Assembly (NCBI RefSeq): GCF_900104925.1
Contig: NZ_LT629735.1
Coordinates: 372,291 to 404,290 of the forward strand
Origin: Opitutus sp. GAS368
GTDB taxonomy: Bacteria > Verrucomicrobiota > Verrucomicrobiia > Opitutales > Opitutaceae
DNA length: 32,000 nt
Direction: 5' to 3'
Shown here: positions 18,466-24,801 of the stretch, in pieces
How positions within the stretch are numbered: the first letter of the stretch is position 1
Layout: each line of letters opens with the position of its first letter
Made by a program: the position numbers and the translations under genes
Notes under the pieces: generated by a model
What the model saw: only the letters and a program-made list of their open reading frames with translations
What the model was told of the DNA's origin: nothing
Database searches by the model: none

Positions 18466-18519
18466 AAGCTTTAAGCAGAACCGGTCCGAACACCCTGTTG
18501 CCAAACCAGCTTAAAGCTT
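18466..18519. repeat. Inverted repeat AAGCTTTAAGC / GCTTAAAGCTT between HIT and phoH-like genes
   Basis: Perfect 11-bp arms at 18466-18476 and 18509-18519. Confidence 0.7.
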
Positions 18520-18548
18520 ATCGCTTACTGCCTACCGCTCCTCAACCC

Positions 18549-19523
18549 GTGCCCGACTCCAAGACGCTCCAATACCCGAACGCCCGCCACCTCAACCAAC
18601 TCTATGGCGGCAACGAGGACAATCTCACCCGCGTGGAAAAGGCGCTCGGCTGCCGGCTTACCACCCGTGACGACTGGCTGAAGGTCGAGGGCCCCGCCGA
18701 GGCCGTCACGCGCACCGCGGAATTCTTCGCCCTGCTGAACTCCGGCAAGACCCAGGGCCTGGCCGTGCGCACGCCCGACTTCGTCCGGCTGCTCGACCTC
18801 TACGCCAAGGACGGCGGCGCCAGCCTGCGCGCGCTGGTCAACGAGCCGCTCGTCATCGCCACCCAGCGCAAGAGCGTCGTCCCGAAAACCCTCGGCCAGA
18901 AACTCTACCTGCAGGCTATCCAGAAGAACCCGATCGTCTTCGGCATCGGCCCCGCCGGCACGGGCAAGACCTACCTCGCCATGGCCGCGGCCATCTCCGC
19001 CCTCCTGAAGAACCAGGTGCAGCGCATCGTGCTCACCCGCCCGGCCGTCGAGGCCGGCGAGGCGCTCGGCTTCCTGCCGGGCGACCTGCGCGAGAAGATC
19101 CTTCCCTACCTCCGCCCGCTCTACGACGCGCTCCACGACATGCTCGACCCCGAGGACGTCGCGACGCTGTCGGAAAAGGGCGTCATCGAGATCGCCCCGC
19201 TCGCCTACATGCGCGGCCGCACCCTGGCCAACGCCTACATCATTCTCGACGAGGCGCAGAACACCTCGCACGAGCAGATGATGATGTTTCTCACCCGTCT
19301 GGGCGACGACTCGCGCATGATCATCACCGGCGACATCACGCAGATCGACCTGCCGCGTAACAAGACCTCCGGCCTCGTCCAGGCCCCGCGCGTGCTGCGC
19401 AACATCCCGGGCATCGAGTTCCACCACTTCACCGCCAGCGACGTCGTGCGCCACCCGCTCGTGCAGAAGATCATCGACGCCTACGAGCAGGCCCGGTCGG
19501 CCGAGCCCATCGGGCCGGGTTGA
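18549..19523 (+). CDS. PhoH-like ATPase
   Basis: VFGIGPAGTGKTYLAMAAAIS, RIVLTRPAVEAGEALGFLPGD, YIILDEAQNTSHEQMMMFLTRLG, DITQIDLP. GTG start at 18549; the longer ORF from 18336 overlaps the HIT gene. Confidence 0.92.
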   Translation: MPDSKTLQYPNARHLNQLYGGNEDNLTRVEKALGCRLTTRDDWLKVEGPAEAVTRTAEFFALLNSGKTQGLAVRTPDFVRLLDLYAKDGGASLRALVNEPLVIATQRKSVVPKTLGQKLYLQAIQKNPIVFGIGPAGTGKTYLAMAAAISALLKNQVQRIVLTRPAVEAGEALGFLPGDLREKILPYLRPLYDALHDMLDPEDVATLSEKGVIEIAPLAYMRGRTLANAYIILDEAQNTSHEQMMMFLTRLGDDSRMIITGDITQIDLPRNKTSGLVQAPRVLRNIPGIEFHHFTASDVVRHPLVQKIIDAYEQARSAEPIGPG

Positions 19524-19526
19524 TTT

Positions 19527-19576
19527 TGGAGGGCCCGCGTCTCTGCGGGCCGGCTCGCAGGGACGCGAGCCCTCCA
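19527..19576. repeat. Family A palindrome, intergenic copy
   Basis: TGGAGGGCCCGCGTCTCTGCGGGCCGGCTCGCAGGGACGCGAGCCCTCCA; nearly the reverse complement of the copy at 17277-17326. Confidence 0.92.
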
Positions 19577-19584
19577 CCAAGCCA

Positions 19585-20184
19585 ATGAACCGCGAAGTCG
19601 CCATCACCAACCGCCACCCACGCCTGCGCTTCCGCCGGGCGGAGGTGGCGCGTGTCATTCACGTTCTCGATACCGGTTTCGTGAAATCCCCTCTGGAGAG
19701 GGGCCTGTCGGCCATAGGCTCGGCGACGGCTGATGCCGCAAAGCGCCGGGGGGTGTCGGCGGTCCCGGCCGGCGAACTCTCCCTCGTCTTCCTCACCGAC
19801 CCGGCGCTGGCGAAGATCCACGGCGATTTCATGGCCGACCCGACGGCGACCGACGTCATCACCTTCGCGGGCGAGCCGACGGCCCTGGGCTCCGAAGCCT
19901 TGGCGAAGGAGGCCGGCCTCGCCGGCGAGATCTGCGTCTCGGCCGACACGGCCGCTCGGTATGTAGGGGCGTCCCTTGTGGACGCCCGCGGGCGTCCACA
20001 AGGGACGCCCCTACAGGAAAAATTCTCCGCCGAACTGACCCTCTACGTCGTGCATGGCTGGCTCCACCTGGCCGGCTACGACGACCTGCAGCCCGCCAAG
20101 AAGCGCCGCATGCGCGCGGCCGAGGCCCGGGCGATGAAGCTGTTGCGGGCGGCGAAAGCCGTGCCGGAATTTCGCCTGGCCTAA
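19585..20184 (+). CDS. ybeY: Endoribonuclease YbeY (rRNA maturation factor), carrying two repeat-derived inserts
   Basis: ELSLVFLTDPALAKIHGDFMADPTATDVITF, GEICVSADTAARY, ELTLYVVHGWLHLAGYDD. Confidence 0.9.
   Translation: MNREVAITNRHPRLRFRRAEVARVIHVLDTGFVKSPLERGLSAIGSATADAAKRRGVSAVPAGELSLVFLTDPALAKIHGDFMADPTATDVITFAGEPTALGSEALAKEAGLAGEICVSADTAARYVGASLVDARGRPQGTPLQEKFSAELTLYVVHGWLHLAGYDDLQPAKKRRMRAAEARAMKLLRAAKAVPEFRLA
19685..19759 (+). repeat. Family D element variant, in frame in ybeY
   Basis: aatcccctctggagaggggcctgtcggccataggctcggcgacggctgatgccgcaaagcgccggggggtgtcgg; ends match the copies at 289-400. Encodes KSPLERG...KRRGVSA. Confidence 0.8.
19962..20015. repeat. Perfect 54-bp palindrome (family E), in frame in ybeY
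   Basis: TGTAGGGGCGTCCCTTGTGGACGCCCG|CGGGCGTCCACAAGGGACGCCCCTACA; all 27 arm positions pair. 54 nt is 18 codons. Confidence 0.97.
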
Positions 20185-20200
20185 GAACACAAACAATTCT

Positions 20201-20289
20201 CCGCGGATTGCGCGGATACTCGCAGATGCAATCCATCGGACCCGCAATTGTTTTTTGCAGTAATCCGCGCCCATCCGCGTCATCCGCGG
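20201..20289. repeat. Intergenic inverted repeat CCGCGGATTGCGCGGAT / ATCCGCGTCATCCGCGG
   Basis: Arms 20201-20217 and 20273-20289; 15 of 17 positions pair. Confidence 0.75.
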
Positions 20290-20371
20290 AAAATGCATGA
20301 GGGTATGGGCTATTGGCACGTCCAAAAAAATCAGTGGCGTCCCGGTTCATCTGTGATTCACTGCGCCGTTC

Positions 20372-21034
20372 ATGCCCTCCTCCCGTTTCACTTCCCTTCG
20401 CAACGCCTTCCTCACGGGCTTGGTGCTGGTCGCGCCACTGGTCGCCACCGTTTGGGTGCTGCGCCTGATCATCAGCTTTGTCGGCGGCTCGATCACGCCG
20501 TTGTTCCTGCCTTATCTGCCCGAGATGCTGAGCCACCTGCCGTCCCTCGTCTGGGACGTGCTGGCCACCCTCATCGCGCTCGGGTTCGTCACCCTGCTTG
20601 GTTATGTCTCGCATCTTTTCCTCGGGCAGTTCGTGGGCGCGCTCGGCGAGCGTTTGATCCAGGGCATCCCGGGCATCGGCGGCTTCTACAACAGCGTGAA
20701 GCAGTTCATCGAGACCTTCGGGGCGAAAGACCGCACGCAGTTCAGCAAAGTCGTGCTCGTGCAGTTCCCGCGGCCCGGTGCCTACACCATCGGCTTTGTC
20801 ACCAACACCGGCCAGGGCGAACTGCACACGCACTTCAAAAACGACCACTGGGCCGTGTTCGTCCCCACCTGCCCCAGCCCGGTCAACGGCTTCTTCATGT
20901 ATCTGCCCGCGATGGAACTCATCGAACTCGATATGTCGGTCGGCGATGGCATGAAGACCGTCATCTCCTGCGGCGCCGTCCTGCCGACCTGGAATGACCC
21001 GGCCGCGGCGAAGGCCGCGCTGAAAAAAAACTGA
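20372..21034 (+). CDS. DUF502 family membrane protein
   Basis: FLTGLVLVAPLVATVWVLRLIISFVGG, IPGIGGFYNSVKQFIETFG, YTIGFVTNTGQGEL, VFVPTCPSPVNGFFMYLP. Confidence 0.88.
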   Translation: MPSSRFTSLRNAFLTGLVLVAPLVATVWVLRLIISFVGGSITPLFLPYLPEMLSHLPSLVWDVLATLIALGFVTLLGYVSHLFLGQFVGALGERLIQGIPGIGGFYNSVKQFIETFGAKDRTQFSKVVLVQFPRPGAYTIGFVTNTGQGELHTHFKNDHWAVFVPTCPSPVNGFFMYLPAMELIELDMSVGDGMKTVISCGAVLPTWNDPAAAKAALKKN

Positions 21035-21035
21035 C

Positions 21036-21101
21036 GGGAGGGCCGCGTCCCTGCGGGCCGTTCTTCTTGCTCGAAACGGCTCGCAGGGACGCGAGCCCTC
21101 C
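21036..21101. repeat. Family A element with an extended loop
   Basis: GGGAGGGCCGCGTCCCTGCGGGCCG - ttcttcttgctcgaaa - CGGCTCGCAGGGACGCGAGCCCTCC. Confidence 0.88.
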
Positions 21102-21164
21102 AAGGCAAGCCCCCCACCTTCATTCTCCAGTCTGTCCTCCGTCCTCTGATATCTGTCCTCTGCA

Positions 21165-21806
21165 ATGCCCGGCCAGCAGCTCCAAACCACGGCGTTCATC
21201 CTCGCCAAGCAGCCGTCGGGCTCCGACACCTTCGAGCAGCTGACGGCGTTCTCGGCCGGGGACGGCGTGCTGCACTGCCTGCGCCGCGTCGCAACCGGTA
21301 GGGTGCGGACTCCGCTCCGCGCCTCCCCCGAGGTCCCCACCAACCTCGACCTGTTCGACGAAACCGAACTGTGGCTCGAGTCCTCCAACCAGGGCCGCAC
21401 GTGGTTCATCAAGGAGCACCGCCTCATCCAGCGCCACGACGGCATCGGCCGCTCCTACGACACGCTCCGCGCCGCCGCCGCCCTCGGCGCGTTGCTCAGC
21501 CGCAATCCCGTGCCCGACGAGTCCCGCGAGGCCGTCGCCGGCCTGCTGCGCTCATCCTTCACCGCCCTCGCCGCCGGCGGCCGGCCTGACATCGTCTGGC
21601 TCAAGACCCTCTACTGCCTGCTGCGCGACGAGGGCTACCCCGTGAAGCAACAGTGGTGGCCGCAGCTCAACGCCGCCGACCGCGACCACGCCGCGCACCT
21701 GCTCAACCAGCCGCTCGCCGCCCAGATGGCCGACGCGCCCACCGTGGCCCGCATCACCCACCGGCTCGAGGACTGGGTGCGGGCGGAGACCGAGATCAGA
21801 CTGTAG
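21165..21806 (+). CDS. recO: RecO-like DNA repair protein
   Basis: Short OB-fold-like start, GVLHCLRRVATG...NLDLFDETELWLE, then a helical C-terminus. The family is diverged and the assignment rests on layout and the LDLFDE region. Confidence 0.6.
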   Translation: MPGQQLQTTAFILAKQPSGSDTFEQLTAFSAGDGVLHCLRRVATGRVRTPLRASPEVPTNLDLFDETELWLESSNQGRTWFIKEHRLIQRHDGIGRSYDTLRAAAALGALLSRNPVPDESREAVAGLLRSSFTALAAGGRPDIVWLKTLYCLLRDEGYPVKQQWWPQLNAADRDHAAHLLNQPLAAQMADAPTVARITHRLEDWVRAETEIRL

Positions 21807-21881
21807 GGCGGGATCACCGCATCCCGCCTCGAGGGTCTTATTATTTTCGCGGGAAGGCGGGATGCGGTGATCCCGCCCTAC
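21803..21881. repeat. Family B element, copy 2 (79 bp, perfect 26-bp arms)
   Basis: GTAGGGCGGGATCACCGCATCCCGCC (21803-21828) and GGCGGGATGCGGTGATCCCGCCCTAC (21856-21881). Same total length as copy 1, different loop. Confidence 0.95.
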
Positions 21882-21977
21882 ACTTGCCGGTTCCCTCTTT
21901 CCTTCCGTGTATTCCGTGCCTGCCGCGCCGTAGCTCTTGTCAGAGAGTGAAGGAGGGTGTTCCGTGGTGCCGTCTTC

Positions 21978-24554
21978 ATGAATTTCTCCCTCGAAAACCG
22001 CACGGTCAGCCTGAGCGTCGGCGAATTCGCCGGCTTCACCCTCGGCCCGTCGGACTCCGGCGGCGGCTCGCAGGGCATCTGGCGGGCCCAGCTCGGCCAG
22101 CACTGGCACAACGATCTGCAGAAGCGCACGCTCGCCGAGTCGCCCGCCGCCCAGTTCGAAGTCGTCATCGACGGCCGCATCACGCACCGCGGCTGGACCT
22201 TCGCCCTCAGCGGCCGCATCGACCAGCTTCTGCCTGAATCCCCTCTAGAGGAGGGTGGCCCACCGGGCCGGGGTGTGTTGCTGCGCGAGATCAAAAGCGT
22301 CATGCGCCCGCTGCCGGCAGAAGAGACCGACCTGCGCACGGACTACCCGGCCTACTTCCTCCAACTCGCCGCCTACACGGTGCTGGTCCGGGCCTCGGCT
22401 TCTGGCTCTGCGCTCCCTGCTCCCCGCTCCAAGCTGGTTCGCGCCGAGCTCGTCTTCGTCGAGGCCGGCTCGGGGCTCGCGCAGACCATCGCGCTCACGC
22501 CATTCGACGAGGCGTTGGTCCACCACCAACTCGACGCCCTCGTCGAGTTTCTCAACCTGCGGCTCCGCGCCACCGAGCGCCGCCGGGCGCTGACATTCCA
22601 TCCGGCCTTCCCTTCGTTGCGCGCCGGGCAGGAAACCATCCAGCAGAATCTGTCCTCTGCCCTCCGTCCTCCGCTGGCCGCGCCGAAGCTTTCGTCCGGC
22701 GAAAGCGAAGGCGGGGCCTCTGTCGTCTTGTTCGAGGCCCCGACCGGCTACGGCAAGACCGGCTGCGTGCTTGAGTTCGCGCTCGGGCAGATGAAGGCCG
22801 GCCGCTTCGCCCGGCTCATCTGGCTGACCGGCAAGTCCACCGGCCAGCTGCAGGTTGTCCACACCCTCCAGCAGATGACCGGTGGAACCGGGCCTCTGGA
22901 CCGGTTTTCTGCGACCCCCGCCGAACCAACCCGTCCGGAGGCCGGGTTTCACCCTCTCGCCTTCTGGCAGGTGCGCAACAAGTCCGAGCACTGCATCAAC
23001 CACACCTTCCACTGCGTGCGCGACGGCTGCGATTTCCTGAAAGACTGCGCCGAGCGCTGGCCCGACAGCGGGCTGGCCAAGTTCTACCTCGACGACCGCC
23101 AGCCGCGCGACCTCGCCACCCTGCGCGCCGCCGGCCGCGAGGCCCGCATCTGCCCCTACGAGATCACGCGCGCCTCGCTCGCCTTCAACGACGTGTGGAT
23201 CGGCGACTTCAACTACGTCTTTGCTCCCGACAACCGCGGGCTTTTCTTCGACCAGCCTGGTTTCGACCCGGCGGAGACGCTGCTGGTCATCGACGAGGCG
23301 CACAACCTCCCCTCGCGCGTCGCCGGCGCCCACTCCCACCGCGCCACCGACACCGACGCCCGCTTGCTGCTGGCCGAGCTCGACCACTTGCAGGCTCCGG
23401 CCACCCTCGTGCTGGCGCTGGAGGAATGGACGCGCCTGCTCGCCTCGCTCCGGCCCGCCGACTCGCTCGATCCCGCCATCGAGGCCGAGGTGCACGACCA
23501 TGTGGCGAAACTGGCCAATCTCGTCAGCACGCAGCCACTGGACTACGCCGCGCTCGGCCCGAAGCACGCGGAAACGCTCTGGTCGTTCGGACAGCTCGCT
23601 GAATTTCTCGATGACGCCAAACTCACCAAACTCCTGTGGGTGGCCCGCGAGGGCGAACTGGAGTTCACCTGTGTGGACGCGGCGCCGGCCATCGGTGAAA
23701 TCCTGAAAACCTTTGGCGGTGCGATCCTGATGTCCGCCACGCTGCAGCCTTACCCCGAGTTCGCCGCTTCGTGCGGGCTGGTAGGGCGAGTCGTCCCCGA
23801 CGAGCCGCGGCTCACCGAGACGGTTCGCCCTACCTATGCCACCCTCCACGCGCCCACGCCCTGGCGGGCCGGGGCCTACGATGTCGCCGTGGACCTGCGC
23901 GTCAGCACCACGTTTCGCGAGCGCAGCACCTACTACGGCACGACTGCCGCGACGGTGGAAGAACTGCATCGAGCTTCCTCCCTTCAGGTTTCAGGTCTCA
24001 GGTCTCAGGTCTCCACAGCGACAGCCGCCGTCGCCGTCTTCTTCCCCTCTTACGCCTACGCCGAGGCGGTGCTCCGCGCGTTGGAACAGAACGGCTCGGT
24101 GCTCCGCGTCGCCCTGCAGCCGAAGCTCCCCGATCTCACGGCGCAGACGGCGTGGATCGAGGAGAACGTCGCCCTGAGCGACGCGCTCTTCCTCGTGCTC
24201 GGCAGCAGCTTTGCCGAAGGCATCGATCTGCTCGGCGGCCGCGTGAGCCACGCCATGGTCGTCGGCCCCGCCCTGCCCGAGGTCAATGCGGTGCAGAAGG
24301 CGCGCATGGACGCGCTGGCCGGGCTTGGCCGCGAAGCGTCGTTCCGCCGCGTCTACCAGATCCCCGGGCTGCAGAAGGTGAACCAGGCCGTCGGTCGCCT
24401 CGTGCGCGCGCCCGGCCAGCACGCCAAGATGCTGCTGCACTGCCGGCGCTTCGCCGAGCCGTCCTACGCCGCGCTGCTCGCGGCGGACTACCAGATGTTC
24501 AAGGAGATCGCCTCCGAGTCCGACCTCCGCGAGTGGTTGGACGGGACGGGCTAG
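21978..24554 (+). CDS. DinG/Rad3-like ATP-dependent DNA helicase with N-terminal PD-(D/E)XK (Cas4/RecB-like) nuclease domain
   Basis: GRIDQL...LREIKS nuclease motif, FEAPTGYGKTG Walker A, CINHTFHCVRDGCDFLKDC FeS-type cysteines, LLVIDEAHNLPSR DEAH box, QAVGRLVRAPGQ motif VI. Confidence 0.9.
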   Translation: MNFSLENRTVSLSVGEFAGFTLGPSDSGGGSQGIWRAQLGQHWHNDLQKRTLAESPAAQFEVVIDGRITHRGWTFALSGRIDQLLPESPLEEGGPPGRGVLLREIKSVMRPLPAEETDLRTDYPAYFLQLAAYTVLVRASASGSALPAPRSKLVRAELVFVEAGSGLAQTIALTPFDEALVHHQLDALVEFLNLRLRATERRRALTFHPAFPSLRAGQETIQQNLSSALRPPLAAPKLSSGESEGGASVVLFEAPTGYGKTGCVLEFALGQMKAGRFARLIWLTGKSTGQLQVVHTLQQMTGGTGPLDRFSATPAEPTRPEAGFHPLAFWQVRNKSEHCINHTFHCVRDGCDFLKDCAERWPDSGLAKFYLDDRQPRDLATLRAAGREARICPYEITRASLAFNDVWIGDFNYVFAPDNRGLFFDQPGFDPAETLLVIDEAHNLPSRVAGAHSHRATDTDARLLLAELDHLQAPATLVLALEEWTRLLASLRPADSLDPAIEAEVHDHVAKLANLVSTQPLDYAALGPKHAETLWSFGQLAEFLDDAKLTKLLWVAREGELEFTCVDAAPAIGEILKTFGGAILMSATLQPYPEFAASCGLVGRVVPDEPRLTETVRPTYATLHAPTPWRAGAYDVAVDLRVSTTFRERSTYYGTTAATVEELHRASSLQVSGLRSQVSTATAAVAVFFPSYAYAEAVLRALEQNGSVLRVALQPKLPDLTAQTAWIEENVALSDALFLVLGSSFAEGIDLLGGRVSHAMVVGPALPEVNAVQKARMDALAGLGREASFRRVYQIPGLQKVNQAVGRLVRAPGQHAKMLLHCRRFAEPSYAALLAADYQMFKEIASESDLREWLDGTG
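22237..22278 (+). repeat. Family D element, in frame in the helicase nuclease domain
   Basis: aatcccctctagaggagggtggcccaccgggccggggtgtgt; matches the 354-400 copy. Encodes ESPLEEGGPPGRGV between GRIDQLL and LREIKS. Confidence 0.85.
22688..22706. repeat. Hairpin GCTTTCG-TCCGG-CGAAAGC in the helicase CDS
   Basis: Perfect 7-bp arms in a non-conserved stretch (APKLSSGESEGG) before Walker A. Confidence 0.5.
23780..23834. repeat. 55-bp element with perfect 10-bp ends GGTAGGGCGA / TCGCCCTACC in the helicase CDS
   Basis: ggtagggcgagtcgtccccgacgagccgcggctcaccgagacggttcgccctacc, with nested stem TCGTC-CCC-GACGA. Confidence 0.75.
23984..24011 (+). repeat. Heptamer tandem repeat TCAGGT[T/C] x4 in the helicase CDS
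   Basis: tcaggtt tcaggtc tcaggtc tcaggtc. Encodes LQVSGLRSQVS. Confidence 0.85.
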
Positions 24555-24790
24555 AACGACTTGTCCGGCTTGGTTTTGATTGGCGCACTCGGTTCCAATT
24601 CGAACTTCTCCGTCTTCACCTCGCGGGTGAAGCGGGCCAGTGGTTTGGCGGCCAGCAGCACCAAATCGGCGTGCTCAAGCCAATCCGGATACCGCGCCAC
24701 CCACTTGCCATTGCGAATGACCCGGGCGGATGAAACCCCGCATATCGTCCAGCGGTGAGGGGTGCCCGCAGGGCGGGGGGTGTCGAACAC
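24551..24790 (-). CDS. Small hypothetical protein, convergent with the helicase; N-terminus uncertain
   Basis: 79 codons. The first residues (MFDTPRPAGTP) derive from a truncated family D repeat. Downstream is ARVIRNGKWVARYPDWLEHADLVLL. Confidence 0.35.
   Translation of the reverse strand: MFDTPRPAGTPHRWTICGVSSARVIRNGKWVARYPDWLEHADLVLLAAKPLARFTREVKTEKFELEPSAPIKTKPDKSF
24757..24785 (+). repeat. Truncated family D element
   Basis: gaggggtgcccgcagggcggggggtgtcg; matches the 3' half of the 289-330 copy. Confidence 0.75.
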
Positions 24791-24801
24791 CGCGCGCCGG
24801 C

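Noticed and set aside
18336-18548. Extended N-terminus of the PhoH-like ORF (MCRAGTATRTSC...)
   Set aside because: It overlaps the HIT gene out of frame and crosses an intergenic inverted repeat. The PhoH-like sequence begins near the GTG at 18549.
21022-21031. A-run ctgaaaaaaaactga at the end of the DUF502 gene as a programmed frameshift site
   Set aside because: The run lies at the stop codon after a complete domain, with no conserved product in another frame.
19859-21445. 528-aa minus-strand ORF across ybeY, the DUF502 gene and the recO-like gene
   Set aside because: Antisense to three recognisable genes and it reads through several repeats; no conserved motif.
23984-24011. Could the regular short repeats be a CRISPR array?
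   Set aside because: Units are 7 bp and directly adjacent with no spacers, and there are no cas effector or adaptation genes. The Cas4-like fold in the helicase is a common nuclease domain and not evidence for CRISPR.
21957-24554. The window's exciting system as a phage-defence island centred on the DinG/nuclease helicase
   Set aside because: No partner defence genes, integrase or phage genes flank it. The neighbours are housekeeping-like genes, and the helicase family is widespread as a stand-alone repair-type protein.
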